Program-made: the position numbers and the translations under genes
The notes under the pieces: model-generated
What the model saw: only the letters and a program-made list of their open reading frames with translations
What the model was told of the DNA's origin: nothing
Database searches by the model: none
Source: Eledone cirrhosa
Taxonomy: Eukaryota
Assembly (NCBI GenBank): GCA_964016885.1
Contig: OZ024740.1
Location: 177,692,001 to 177,756,000, forward strand
Direction of reading: 5' to 3'
DNA length: 64,000 bases
In this document: one piece after another, positions 1 to 13,376 of the stretch
How the letters are laid out: the number at the start of each line of letters is the position of its first letter
Position numbering within the stretch: position 1 is the stretch's first letter

Positions 1-619
1 AAATATTTCGAGACCAGATTTAAGAGATCATCAGAATGCATCTTCTTTCAGAGAGAACTCAAAGCGGGTTCCTGATTGTAGCCACAAAAGCCTTTCGTCC
101 AGACGAGGCTTCAGGAGGCAATTCATCACTCTCAGTTGGGTCTATCCTCTCAGACATTCTGACAGCCGAGGATTTGTAAATATACCCAATCCCACTTGTG
201 CAATCACTTATTTCACCTCTGAATAGTAGAGTTGCTATTCTCCACCAATATCTACGGTACTATAGTCACCAAAGTCTACAGAACCAGTCAGATGTTATTA
301 ACTAGATATAATTAGTAACATCTGTCTTCCTCCACTTGTTCCTGCTTCTGTAATATACCGTTCATGTTAACTGTAATAGTTATAACTTTCAAGTTACTAA
401 TTTTTTATGTTTGCTCCTTTCTGGTCCTTTTTTGGTATCGCAGGATACACAACCGTTGTGTGTCGATACCATGCCTCTCGGGACATGTTGTATCGACATC
501 TCTGGCTTGTGAGAGTTTTTTTTATTAATGTGTACAACATTGTTCAATATAACCTTTTTTTTTTCAAATTTAAGATACAGATTAAGGAATATTTTAAAAT
601 TTAGGATGGGATTTATCTA

Positions 620-1150
620 ACTAAATAAATAAAAAGAAAAGGGGTTTTTGGTAAGAAATATCGTAAAACTGGAAGAAAGGGTGAACGAAGGAAAGAAAAA
701 TAAGGAAATAACAAAAGGCAGAAAAAGAGGAATAAAGAAAGAGAGAATAAACAACAGAAAAGAATTAAGAAAGTAAGAAAATTAGAAAAAGGAAAAGAAA
801 TATAGAAGTTAATAATGAATGAATGGAATGAAGGAAGGGAGAAAAAATTTATCGAGTAAAATAAACGGTAAAATGAAAGAAAGAATGAAAGAAAGAAAAA
901 AAGAAAAAACATAAAGAAAGACAGGATGAAACGAAAGAAAAGAAAAAAAAACATAGAAAAGAAGGATGAATGAATGTAAGAAAAGAAAAAAAATATGCAA
1001 AGAAAGAATGAAGGAAAGAAAGGAATTAAAAAGAACTTTATTGAATCAAAATACGAATGAAATATAGGAAGGGAAGAGAATCTCCAAGAAAAATTGAAAG
1101 TAATGATGAACAGCAGAAAGTTAATTAAAAACAAACGAAAAAAATATAGA
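620..1150. repeat. Purine-rich (A/G) low-complexity tract
   Basis: Degenerate GAAA/GAAT/AAAG runs; the minus-strand F/L/S-rich ORFs are compositional artefacts. Confidence 0.85.
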
Positions 1151-1334
1151 CCTCGCAAAAATCTTTTTTTTTTTAATTAAAAAATAACCACGAAAGAATG
1201 TGAAAGAATAAATCCTCTCTCAACCATAGAGGCACATGATCTCGGAACTTATCTTGGTTTTATATGTGTTAAGCAACTGAAAGTACAAAGGTTCACCCTT
1301 GACCCGTTGCAATGTTTACCCTTAGCTTCTATTG

Positions 1335-1770
1335 CTGGTTTCAACGATGGTTTCAACGATGAGTATTCCAGTTGTTAGATCAATGGAGCAGCCTGCTCAT
1401 AAATTAACGTGTAAGTGACTGAGCATATCTCAGGCACGTGTACCATTAATGCAATTCTCATGGATGTTCAGTGCGACACAGTTGGTGAGAAGGCTGGCTC
1501 TTTTGAATTATAGGTACAGTCCATCCAACAGGCTTCAAAACAATTTCCACCCCCACCCCCACCCCAGTTTGGCTCACAAAGCATTGGTCGACCCGCAGTA
1601 GGATCGAACTGAAGACCCAACGATCGTGAAACAAACTTCTTAACTATTCGGTTATGTTGCATCCACACTGGAGAAATATCAAATGAAGAACTCAAGGTAC
1701 CACACAGTCCAGAAATCGGAACCACGACATTACGATCGTGAGCCTGATGCCCAAACCACTAACGTCTGTA
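1335..1770 (-). mobile_element. Degraded tRNA-derived SINE (octopus-type), minus strand
   Basis: Reverse strand starts gttagtggtttgggcatcaggctcacgatcgtaatgtcgtggttccgattt (A/B-box-like). Body aattaacgtgtaagtgactgagcat...cacgtgtaccattaatg is shared in opposite orientation with 27245-27540. Confidence 0.6.
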
Positions 1771-1954
1771 CCTTCATAAAAAAATGAAAGAAGAAGAGAA
1801 AAAGTGAATGAAATTCGTCCAGATTTTCAGAAAAAAGTTTATGCTTAAATTTAGCATGGAAAAAAATTGAAGTGTATGCAAAAAAAAATTCGAAGTTGTT
1901 GAACAAAGGATTTTAAATGAGTTTTAATGGGTTATAGGTAAACTTGCTTAACTC

Positions 1955-2190
1955 TTTATGTATATCTTTCTTTCCTTCCCTTTTTCTTTCTTTCTATGCA
2001 TTTTTCATTTTTTTCCCCTTTCTATTTCGTCATCCTTTCTGTTCCTCATTTTTCTTCACATTTTCTTTTTCCTCCTTTTTTCTTCTTTTCTGTTTTTTTT
2101 CTTCTTTTCATCTTACTTCCACCCCAGCTCCTTCTTTATTTACTTTTTCTTCCCTTTATTCCCCCCCCCTCCCCCTCCTCCTCCTCATTC
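1955..2190. repeat. Pyrimidine-rich low-complexity tract
   Basis: T/C runs ending in poly-C/(CCT)n. Confidence 0.8.
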
Positions 2191-2950
2191 TCCAATGTAA
2201 ACAGTTCTTATTGAAATAGATCGAAAACACACGCCAAAATAACATGGAGTATTTTATTTTACATTAAAGCTCTTTAAAATTGTTTAACAAAAGAACTTAC
2301 CGGAGTACTGGTGTGTTAGTCACAGGTAAACTTGGTTACCTCACTATGCCTTTCCTTCCTCCCTTCCTTTCTTTCTCCCCTTCTTTGTGGTTGGGTGTGG
2401 TTGGGGTGACGATAAGTGTTTCTTTCATTCATTTTTCTGCTGTATGTTTTCTTTTTTTTGTTTTGTTTTGTTTCTTTCTTTCTGAAAAAGAAGAAAGAAA
2501 AAAAGGAGGGTAAATATAAATGAATATATATATAAAAAAAAAGAATGAATAAGGGGAAAACTATAACTTTCCTGTAACTATAACAACAATTGGTTTGTCG
2601 TAGCTGATGTGATTGTTATTAATTTCTATAGTTAAAGGTTCTTCTTCTTCTTCTTCTGCTGCTGTATCAGGACTGAACTTTGACTAAAAACAAACAACAT
2701 GTCTCAGAATTGTTGATTGTTTAATAAATAAATGTGAGTATCAGTGCGCCAAATCCATTCGATCTTCGTAGAAAGAATATTTTGCAGTTGTTCTCCGTTG
2801 CATGCTTAGAACAGGATTTTTGGTGTTTAATCTTATCCGATTTATAGCCAGACAATTCCCCTAGTAAAATTTTATTAATTCTAAACTTGGATCATAGTTT
2901 CATATTCGTAATGTTTTAATATACATCATTATTTTAAGCAGTATCTTAAG

Positions 2951-3139
2951 GGCGGTGGATTGGCAGTATCGGTAGAGGGTCGGACGCCATGCTTTCCAGC
3001 ATAGTTACGTCCCTTTACGATCTGAGTTCAAATCCCGCCGAGGTTGACTTTGCTTTTCATCCTTACGGGGGTCGATAAAATAAAGCCAGTAATGCACTGG
3101 GTAATTGCTGGCCTTGTGCCTAAAGTAGAAACAATTATT
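2951..3139 (+). mobile_element. SINE family A (tRNA-like head, conserved central domain), near full length
   Basis: ggcggtggattggcagtatcggtagag A-box-like head, gagttcaaatccc B box, core gcYtttcatccttacggggtcgataaaataaag, end ggccttgtgcctaaagtagaaacaatt. Flanked by the direct repeat ttattttaagcagtatctta. Confidence 0.85.
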
Positions 3140-3152
3140 TTAAGCAGTATCT

Positions 3153-3288
3153 TACGTCCCTTTACGATCTGAGTTCAAATCCCGCGGAGGTTAACTTTGC
3201 CTTTCATCCGTACGGAGTCGATAAAATAAAGTACCAGTAATGCACTGGATAATTGCTGGCCTTGTGCCAAAAGTAGAAACAGTTATTG
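3153..3288 (+). mobile_element. SINE family A, 5'-truncated tandem copy
   Basis: Repeats roughly 3005-3139 with a few substitutions. Confidence 0.85.
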
Positions 3289-3420
3289 TTGTGATTTTTA
3301 AGCTCATGTTCGCCTTAATCTAGCAGACCTATGATCAAAGATATTCCAACTGTCACCATCTTGCTTTTTTGTATATAGGAACTACATTGTTCAATGTATC
3401 CTTTTTAAATTTTAAGAGGG

Positions 3421-3627
3421 TGACCCAGGGGTAGACCCCGAGCAACATGGTTGGATAAAATCATGAGCTTGGCTGGTCTTGCTTGGGGATCCAGCCGGAT
3501 AAGCTGGAGACGGTTGCTTCTGACAGGACCAGCTGGAAGGAGTGTTTGAGGACTCTTCCCCCACGACCCCCTCAGGAATAAGTGGGTGAAGAAGAAGAAG
3601 AAGAAGAAGAAGAAGAAGAAGAAGAAG
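3421..3627 (+). mobile_element. RTE-clade LINE 3' fragment with (GAA)n tail
   Basis: Encodes RPRATWLDKI-like C-terminal RTE motif; ends gaataagtgggtg(aag)n, the same terminus as the minus-strand RTE at 9661. Confidence 0.7.
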
Positions 3628-6099
3628 GTAATATTTAAGTGATATTTTGCTACTATATCTAGCTGATAGAGGGACTGCTCGAAGTCTATTTTAGTGGTTT
3701 GTATGAAAGGAGATGACTAAAACAACAAGCTGTATCAGCCATGATTTTACTAAAGGTTGCTAACTGCTTCCATGACGCGATGGAAGAAACGGTAATCGAA
3801 TGAGGACTATATATAAAGAAACAGTGTTGGGGCTATGGATATCAGATTGAGAAAAGCAGCAGAGAAAATATATTGCGGTAGTTAGTTACGTCTCGTTGAA
3901 ATTCTCCATACCACTCTCTTTCAAGATGTTAAAATAAAGTAGTGGAAGGCTTCTTTTTAAAATATAAACACAATTCTACCATGTGCAACACATTAGATGT
4001 CGGAAGGCAAAATTGATTTTCTGAATCCTCAGCGAGTCGGACATAATGCGTCCGGCATTTGCTTCGGTTCTTTACATTCTGAGTTCAAATCCCACTGAAG
4101 TTAACTTTTCCTTTCATTTGTATGGGGTTGATAAAATAAAGTACTAATCAAGTACTAGAGTTAATTTAATCGCCTTCCCATCAAAAGAAATTTCCTTGTA
4201 CCTAAATAAAAAATCATAATTACGTAGATGAAAGATGTTGATAGATAAATGTTGTGAATTCTGAGTGTATAATTGTTGTGCTTAATATATTCTGAGTGTA
4301 TAATTGTTGTGCCCATAATATTCAGTGAGTATGGATATAAACAAATACGAAGCATTGGCAGGATCATTAGAGCATCGGGGATATTGCTTTGCGGTATTTG
4401 TGCTGGCTCTGCATGCTTTCGTTTGAATCCCTTCTAGTTTAACTTTGGCTTCCATAAATATAGTACCAATCAGGTATTGATTGTTTTTTTCTCTCTCTCA
4501 CAATCTCTATCTTTTTTGTTTTTCTCTCTTACTGTCCACCTTCTCTCTCTCTCTCTCCTCCTCTCTCTCTTGATCTCTCTCTCTCTTTTACAAACACAGA
4601 AACCCCGTGCACACACACTCGAAAAGATAACCGGTTAGGTTGTACCGTGCGATGGACGGTGAGAGGCCACGTATACCACCCTTTTCTCCAAAAATGGTGA
4701 AAGCTTGAGTGATGATGCTAGCATGTTAAAATAAATATTATTATGCTACTTGAATCGCCCAAAGAGAAGTCGTTGTGCAGTACAAATAGGAACGGAGATC
4801 AAAGAAGAAGAAAGATAAATATAGTTGATGACAGATAAGTTTTAGTTGCTGTTTAGCCCCAGGTGAACCGTGTTAGCGCAAACATATGAACAAAGACAAT
4901 AACCATGTATATCTAAAACTATATCAGCTAATGTACTGTTCCTGCTTTTTAGACTGTAGAGTATGATTTAAGAAAATATGGCTGCTAATTTGACTAGGAT
5001 GAGTGACCACGGAGAGACTCTCTCACTGACTGGACAGAAATGTTGTGTTACTTGTAGGCCTCAGAATGTAGAACTGCATGGAAAATATTGATTGATAATA
5101 CTTTGATAAATGCGAAAAATGCTTTAGAGAATGTAGAGGAAGTGTGAGGCATAATTCATATAAGACTTGATAAAGAGATGTATTTGTGTTTCTTAACAAT
5201 CCCATTCACTTAAATATAATTTGCTTCTTAAAAGAATCGCTATTTATATTAAAATAAAATTCAAATAAAGTTGTACACAATAGGCTCCGTCATTCAAAGG
5301 ATGAAGTCGAACCAACTAATTTGTCATGCCCCTCATAAATGTGAAAGGCTTAAATAGCATATGGTTATTTATTTAACCCTAAATCTGGCATTGATTAATT
5401 GGATCTATGGATGATTTCTTCCTAGGATCCTCTATCAACTAACTACAAAAGGCGATTACAAAAAAAAAAAAAAAAAAAAAAAGACCGAGTCAGCCTCAAA
5501 AAATTTGTTGATATAAAAATAAGAGCTGCTAAGAAATACATAAAAAAAAGAAATGTATTTGTATTTACACATTTACATGGCTTCTGTTAAATCCAATTCT
5601 GTACTGTTTTTACTAAAGAAAAATATAAACTCAAAAAAGAGTGTGTGTCTAGGTATGTACAGAATTGACGTAAAGGACACAGAAAAACTTCAGCAAACTT
5701 CAGCAAACAAAAAAAAAAAAAATGGGTTATGAAACTAGGAAATGAAACCCGCATCACGGAAGTAAAACCCTCATTACGGATTCTGATGACTTGAAGTTTT
5801 ACTTCTTCGGTCCATGTGGCACACCGCAGGTATTTAATATCAAACAGGTTGCAACATAAGAATCCAGCCAACGTTTAAAGTGCGTGCTAAGCATCACAAA
5901 TCACATAACGCATTGGTGCAAGACAGATCAGCCGATTACTTGACGTAAAATGGAGTCCCACTGAGCTAATAATAAAATGCCGATCGCCTTTACGATATTA
6001 CTTTAGAAATGGCGCCTCTCCAACTGAAGTTTACATAAATCAATGAATACGATATATATGTGTCTATGTATGTGAAAATATCTGTTTGTGTGTATTTTT

Positions 6100-6149
6100 T
6101 CAAAGTGGTACGCACACACACAGACACACAGACACACAGACACACACAG

Positions 6150-6188
<39 letters not shown>

Positions 6189-6303
6189 CAAATATACGCA
6201 TGCATGTATGTTGATGTGTATGTATCTATGTTTATGTATAAATATGTACAGGCATATAAATCGTTTGTTCACGCAACAAGGCACACACACGCATGTGTGT
6301 GTG

Positions 6304-6356
<53 letters not shown>

Positions 6357-6365
6357 ATGTATATG

Positions 6366-6412
<47 letters not shown>
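6100..6412. repeat. Compound (CA)n/(TG)n/(TA)n microsatellites
   Basis: Directly visible dinucleotide arrays. Confidence 0.95.
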
Positions 6413-6417
<5 letters not shown>

Positions 6418-6800
6418 GAAGTTATATTTAATTTGTTGGGATTCCAACAAACTTAAAAGTTTATAACTGATATAGAGCACTAAGCAATTTCTGGAGTAAA
6501 TATTCAATATATTAATAAATGGAAACTATATTTATAAAACCATAATTATTTTATTATATATATTTCAAGGGCAACCAAGGCAGTATTGGTGCGCTTTCAT
6601 CAGATAAAATACAAAATTTGTTTTATAAATAGTGACATAACCGTGGAAAACAACCTTGACGGTTATGTCACTATTTATAAAACAAATTTTGCATTTTATG
6701 CGATGAAAGCGCACCAATACTGCCTTGGTTGCCCTTTAAATATATATATAATAAAATAATTATGGCTTTATAAATATAGTTTCCATTTATTAATATATTG
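6413..6800 (-). mobile_element. Penelope-like pseudo-LTR (pLTR) fold-back: arms 6505-6644 and 6659-6800, 14-nt loop
   Basis: Near-perfect inverted repeat; homologous to the pLTR flanking the RT/GIY-YIG element at 28312-32486; (TA)n on both sides. Confidence 0.85.
6547..6611 (-). ncRNA. Type I hammerhead ribozyme (Penelope-associated, minimal stem III)
   Basis: Reverse strand tattttat-CTGATGA-aagcgcacc...ggttgccctt-GAAA-tatata-TA-ataaaata: intact core, 8-bp stem I. Confidence 0.8.
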
Positions 6801-6825
6801 TATATATATATATATATATGTGTGT

Positions 6826-6913
<88 letters not shown>

Positions 6914-7920
6914 CAAAGTTGTGATGAAGAAAAGGCAAATGTAAAATATAACAATGTGACGATATTTTTAGACTTTGATTTGTTCCTTTGCAGAAATGGT
7001 TGCTCTGTTACTGTTGCTGCTGTTGATGGTCGATGTGTTGATGATGTTGATGCTGATAGTGACGGCGGTATATGTGGGTATATGTGGTTATGTGGTTGTG
7101 TATGGATGTGTGGGTGTGTATGAGTGGTTCTCTGTGTATGTGCTTCAGATGGAAAATAAAGGTAATAATTCATATTCGGTTAAATGGAAAAGCATCAAAG
7201 CTACGTAAAGATTAGTGAATAAGTCGTGCATGTCACAAATGAAACCGTAAACAACAGCAGCGGCAACAACAACAACAACAACAAGAAAAACGGCGCCAAC
7301 AATAACAACAGCAACAAAAATATTTGTCAACAATGCCGACGGCAGCAACAACAACAACAACAACTGCAAATTCACAAATTAAGCAACAAATGTTTTTATA
7401 TTCTACTTATGTAATATCTATATCCGCCTCAAAATAAATGTTGAACAAAATCACAGCGAATGAAGATGTTTCATATACAAGGTAGGACAAAAGTGACCTG
7501 TTTGAAAACAATTTTTCAAGAGAAATGTAAAGACAGTTTACTTTTAGGTATGTTTGACCTTTGAAATTACATTGAAGAATTCTTGGAACATGAAACACGT
7601 AATCCAGTCCAAACCAGGGACTGCTCACTCCTGTTAGAGGAACCCCTTACTGGTTGACCTCCACCGCTTTCTCTTTGCTTCTGGTCATGTCAAGTGTGTG
7701 GCTGTACTCACCACGCTTGGGCAACTATCGTTTGGTGAGGTTATTTCAGCCATAGTTGGGGTGAATGGGCGTTGAGTCTAAAGAGTTCATCCGCCCTTTT
7801 CATCACCTTTCATTTTCAGCTTCATAGTCTCCAATTATTTTAGATAATGTTCCATGACATCTTGTAATGCAGCTGACTCCAATGCTGATATTTAAATACA
7901 TTTGAGGATGTATTTAAATG

Positions 7921-8245
7921 AAGGCACATAGCTTAGTGGTTAGAGTGTTTGGCTTGCAGATAAAAGGTTGTGAGTTCGATTCTCAGACAGGGTGATGCGT
8001 TGTGTGGTTGAGCAAGGCACTTTATGTCACGTTGATCCAGTTTACTCAGCTGTAGAGATGTGTTGCAAAGTCACGCGTGCTATGCTGAATCAGTAATTGC
8101 CTTGCACTTGGACAATATCGGTGGCGAGGAGAGGAGAGACTGGTATGCATCGGCGACTGCTCGTCTTCCACAAACAAACCTTGCCTAGGTTTCTGCCTCG
8201 GAAGGAAACTTTCTAGGTACAAAATCATGGTAATTAGTGATCGAT
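7921..8245 (+). mobile_element. SINE family B (tRNA head, CORE-like segment)
   Basis: ggcacatagcttagtggttagagtg...gtgagttcgattc tRNA boxes, then ttgagcaaggcacttt; homologous to 11835, 32968 and 46975. Confidence 0.75.
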
Positions 8246-9218
8246 AGGGGAGGGGGGGGGGGCTAAAAAATATTTAGATATATATTTTTTGCATACGTTC
8301 CTCTTGTGGGCGTTTGTTGGTAGAGCAACATCTTCTATAACTGTAGAGATCCATACGGAAGTGAATGTTCAGGTTACAGTGACAGTATTTAAGATGCTGT
8401 CAGTGTTAGCAATCACTTGTAATGTCCTCAAACCTTTCGCTGTTTATGTTCAGTGGCTTCGTGTTTTTTCTTGTAAACACTCTTTCAAATAACACGAAAG
8501 GAAAACATTGGGAACGGCGAAATATAAAACAGAAGGAACCTTTGTGCTACTATGTACAAAAATGCAGCCTTCTAGAATGTAACTCATGAATAAACTATAC
8601 TGCTAATCTAATTGGGAAAGCCGGGAACATTACATAGTTTTTCCTTTTGCGGTCATTTCGAATAGAGTGTTGTAGTACTGTAAAAAAAATATTATAGTCG
8701 AGTAGTTAACGTACTAAACAACCAACAATATGGTCAACGGTTGATACTGTCTCACTAGTACTTCAGGGTGTGCAACTCTCTGGTGTTTATTGTTAAACCT
8801 CTCAGTGTCTGTGTGGAGAAGAAAATCAATAGTTCACTGTTATAAACTGAAACAGTACCACAGGCACAAAAGGGAAAATAATTAAGACTTGCGTTTCGCT
8901 AGAACAGGATTTCAGGACTAATTTCTCTTGCAGGAATGGTCAGGAAATACATACTGGCTCCCAATAGATATGATGCATGGCATGCGATAAACCATGGCAT
9001 GCCAGATATCCACTGAAGAGATCCTTAAATAGGTAGATGTATATCTCGATTCCTGGAGCTCTCCAAATTTGAGAGGATGAGTGTTGGTATTATATATGTA
9101 TATATAATATGTATGAAGGAAATGATGATTATTATCACCTGGTGTATATATATATATATATTAGAATTGAAGCTCTGAAATAGCAATAAGTGTATTGCAA
9201 AATACATTATATATACAT

Positions 9219-9254
<36 letters not shown>

Positions 9255-9341
9255 AGTTTTCGTTAAATTTTGATATGATATCTCTGTAACTATGTGTTTT
9301 CGCACTCTTTACAAATTATTCCCTGTCACTGTTTGATATGT

Positions 9342-9407
<66 letters not shown>

Positions 9408-9660
9408 ATAAAATGTTAATTTCTAATAAATGCTCGGATCTATTAATTAGAATCTTTGAGCTTTCTCTGCGGGTGATGTGGCACAAGTCTGTGATTTTCT
9501 CAGACATGACTTCTATAAGTTTGGTAGTGTTATATATACTAGCAGAAGAACCACCCCTCAAGCGGTTTTCTGCTAGCATATGTAGTGTGCGTATTGGTGT
9601 TATACACAAATACATATGCATATAGATATGATATGTAAATTGAAAAGTAAATTGACAATA

Positions 9661-10255
9661 TCTTCTTCTTCACCCACTTATTTCTGTCTGTCAGAAGCAA
9701 ACATCTCTAACTGGTCTAGCTGGATCCCAAAGCGTGACCAGCCAAGCTCATAGATGTTATCCAACTATCTCAGTGTCTACCTCTGGGTCTCCTGCTGGTT
9801 GGTTTTGTCTGTAAAATCTGTCCAGTGATTCTTTCCTGAGACATTCTAACCACATGTCCATAGTATCAGAGCTGTGATCTATCAATCCGTAGAAGTAGCG
9901 GCTCTACTAGGAGTGACTCTCTGATCTCCGAGCTATGCACTTTATCGACTAAAGTTCCTGCAAAGACCCTTCAGAGGAACCCCATTTCAGCCGCTTGTAT
10001 TTGTAATCGTAATCTTTCGGTCATTACCCAAGATTAACGACGATAGGTAAGGGTTGGCAGGAGTACCAGGAAGACAGCGAGTTTGGCTTTTACACCTACC
10101 TCCCTTCTGATTACTGAATGCTGAAGCTGGCGGCGCATTACTGCATCAGCTTTTGCAATTCTTGCACTTAATTCAGCTTCCTGCCTTCCATCACTCATGA
10201 ATACGGCCCCGAACTTCTCTACCTGCTTCAATGGAATTCCATTCACATGTATATA
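9661..10255 (-). mobile_element. RTE-clade LINE, 5'-truncated and degenerate
   Basis: ORF 10034..10351 IHVNGIPLKQVEKF..ELSARIAKA..VKAKLAVF..LLPTLTY resembles RTE RT thumb region; (GAA)n tail at 9661. Confidence 0.8.
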
Positions 10256-10435
10256 AATTTGAGCGACGTCTGTCCATCCGTCCGTCACACAATGCATGTG
10301 TGTGTTTGTGTGAGTGTATGTATGTGTAAAAGGAAGGAAGGGGATACACACATATATATGTCTCTAACTTAAACACGGTGACACACATCGGCACACACAC
10401 ACACTTATATATATATATATATATATATACATATG

Positions 10436-10473
<38 letters not shown>

Positions 10474-10599
10474 GACACACACATACACGCACGCGTCTCT
10501 AATTTAAGAATGCCGACAATATCACGCGCGCGCACATACACACACTCTCCTATTACCACTTAAGAGCTTTGGCCCGGGAAAACATTCCCACAGTTTTGG

Positions 10600-10830
10600 A
10601 ACCGTCTGGGTTGTCCAGAATTGATGGGGAGAAGACCTGATGGTCTTAACCTGTGTCCCTGGTCAAGAAGTAGGTGCCTTATCTGGGACGCCACAGTTAG
10701 TGACTCTTTCGTGTTTTTCCTGATCCTGGATGCAGCGGTAAGGGTGAGAGCTACAGCATCCGCAGCTGAACGGAACAAAATCCTAAAATACCGTGATCTG
10801 TCGGGAGTGTGTTTGGTCGTTCTAGCACCA
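10600..10830 (+). mobile_element. CRE-like (restriction-like endonuclease) non-LTR retrotransposon fragment
   Basis: GRRPDGLNLCPWSRSRCLIWDATVSDSF...ASAAERNKILKYRDL matches the RPD-G..PW...WD.T..D RLE motif. Confidence 0.7.
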
Positions 10831-11654
10831 CAGCCTCGCCATCACCCGAGGTAACGCTGCGAGCGTGCTGACTTGCCTCAAAAATTATTAGAGAGGTTTC
10901 CCAGTGCTCATCACTCTTCTACGTTATACTTGTAGCCCATTCTTCTGGATCAGCAATCAACTATTGTTACCGTACAACTCGTCGTAGCGAGGTATTGCGC
11001 TGCTACTCAGGTCAGCCTTTTCACAACGCCCTGTGTTCATCCGTCCGGTGGTCTTTGGTGTGACTCCCAGTTGTTCTTTGTCCTGACTTTGATTCCAGCC
11101 AAAGAAAACCATGATCGTTTTCTTCACGTTGCTGAAGAGAGAAAGGGTTCTATCTTGTTCTACCCCACCCACCCCCTTCTCGATCCCCACTCCCTTTTTC
11201 TATTACCGTGTTTGCTTATGTTTATATGTCATTGTATGTGTACGTACGGTTCCATCTCTCCCAGTCAGTTATCTGCATGTAAATGTGTTTATGACTGTGT
11301 CTCCGTGTGTCTAAAGTTAGAGATATATAAATAAGTATATACACACGTTATATTTGCTATGTATATGTATATGTATTTGTGGTGTCTATATTAATATGTG
11401 TTCTTGTAGCATAATAATCAACAAGTGGTGACAGAATTGTATATCAGTTAAAGAGCTACGAAGTTGCTAACAGCGAAATAACACCACATAATTTTATATT
11501 CCCTCTTCTAATCACACTTAATGTACAATCCTAGTTATTCCTAGCAATCTATCGGTCAGCTGTTTGTAAATATTTAAGGTCTCATAGAATGCCAAGCAAA
11601 TGATATATTATATCGAATATAATTAAAATCTGCACCAGCGATGAAACTAGATAG

Positions 11655-11730
11655 TTACGGGGTCGATAAAATAAAGTACCAGAAATGCACTGGGTAATTG
11701 CTGGCCTTGTGCCAAAAGTAAAAACAATTA
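11655..11730 (+). mobile_element. SINE family A 3' fragment
   Basis: ttacggggtcgataaaataaagtaccag...ggccttgtgccaaaagta. Confidence 0.8.
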
Positions 11731-11834
11731 TATATATGTATATATATGTGTGTGTGTGTGTGCGTGTGTGTATGTGTGTGTGTGTGTGTGTGTGAAAGCA
11801 TATGACTTATTGTTTGGAGCATTTGGCTTGAAAT

Positions 11835-12115
11835 CGTGGGGTTGTGAGTACAATTCTCAGACCGGGTGATGCGTTGTGTACTAAAGAATAACACTATGTT
11901 CACGTTGCTCCTGTTTACTCAGCAGTAGAAATGAGTTGTGACGTCACTGGTGCCAAGCTGTATCGGCCATTGCCCTTTCCTTGGACAACATTGGTGGTTT
12001 GGAGAAAGGAGACTGGCATGCATAGGTGACTGCTGGTCTTCCACAAACAACCTTGCCTTGGAGGGGAAGTTTCCATGTATAAAACCGTTGGTCATTCGTG
12101 ACCAAACGGGGCCTA
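11835..12115 (+). mobile_element. SINE family B
   Basis: Homologous to 7921-8245 (cgactgctggtcttccacaaacaaccttgcc-type body). Confidence 0.7.
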
Positions 12116-12116
12116 G

Positions 12117-12162
<46 letters not shown>

Positions 12163-12235
12163 GTATGTATATATATATATGTGTGTGTGTGTGTGCGTGT
12201 GTGCATGTGTGTGTGTGTCTGTGTGTGTATACAAA

Positions 12236-12588
12236 CTCTCGGGTTCCAAATAATATTGGGGTTGAATAAGCGGTGAGGTTGGAAAATCGATATTTTATAG
12301 GCTGTCTCCCTTGATTGTTATTAAACCAGAATTAGTCATTTAGTTTACATATTGAGACCCCAATCCATCATATTTATTTTATACGTATGAGATTTCTTAT
12401 AATGTTCTTTAAAGTCTAAAGAAATTTAGTTGTCGCAGGATTGCTACGACTTGAAATAAAATTTCGCCTAGGATAGATCGGAAAAATTTAATAAGTGGCG
12501 GGGAAGGGTGAAATAAGGGCCGAAGTTAGGAGAAAATCTGAAAATGTAAAGCTTGGTGGTGGGTGGACGATTACTCGAGACCCAAGAG
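12236..12588. mobile_element. Putative old MITE with imperfect TIRs
   Basis: Left ctctcgggttccaaataat versus reverse complement of right end ctcttgggtctcgagtaat; TA 3' flank. Confidence 0.4.
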
Positions 12589-13049
12589 TATATTCATATA
12601 ATATATAAAGCGAACCAATAAATATCAATATGTGTGCATGAGCTTTGTTGTGTTGTGCTCTGTGTGTGTAGGGGTATGTTTATTTGTTGTATGCATATCT
12701 GCATATATGTTTGTATTTACGTACGTCTTTCTATGTTCTTGTGTGATTTGTTGTTAGTGGTATATACAGGTTATTTAGTGTTTGCACTTTGTTACCTCAC
12801 CATCATTGTTCTCTACAGTAATGCTGGTTTGCTGTTATGAGAACACGCACAGATTAATAAATGTACATACACAAGCATATACATACAAGCCAAAATACGC
12901 CTCACCCCACCTTCCTCTCTCAATTTTCCATATTCCATATATATATATATGTGTGTGTGAGTGAGTGTATGTGTATGCGTGTGTGCGCGCGCGCGTGTGT
13001 GTGTGCATGCGCACACACACATAATAAATGCATACATACATACACACAC

Positions 13050-13082
<33 letters not shown>

Positions 13083-13376
13083 CATACATACACACGCACG
13101 CGCGCACACACACACACACACACATATATCTATATATCAACTCATGTTCCCACACATATTTACTGGCACACTAAACATAGACACTGCCACGCGTACTAAC
13201 AAACGAACACGCTTCTGTCTTTCTCTGTTACTCACTCTAGGTACTTATATATATGTGTATGTTCATTTATATATATATATATATATATATACATATTCTC
13301 CCTTATATATGTACATGTATCAATCTATATCCTCTTTTTCTCTACATATACACTCCCTTATACACATACATACATA

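Noticed and set aside
1-45. Minus-strand CTGATGA...GAAA hammerhead-like motif at the window edge
   Set aside because: Stem II does not pair convincingly and stems I/III run off the window
2560-2745. Possible non-coding exon ending in a GTGAGT donor
   Set aside because: No ORF or other corroborating evidence in the sequence
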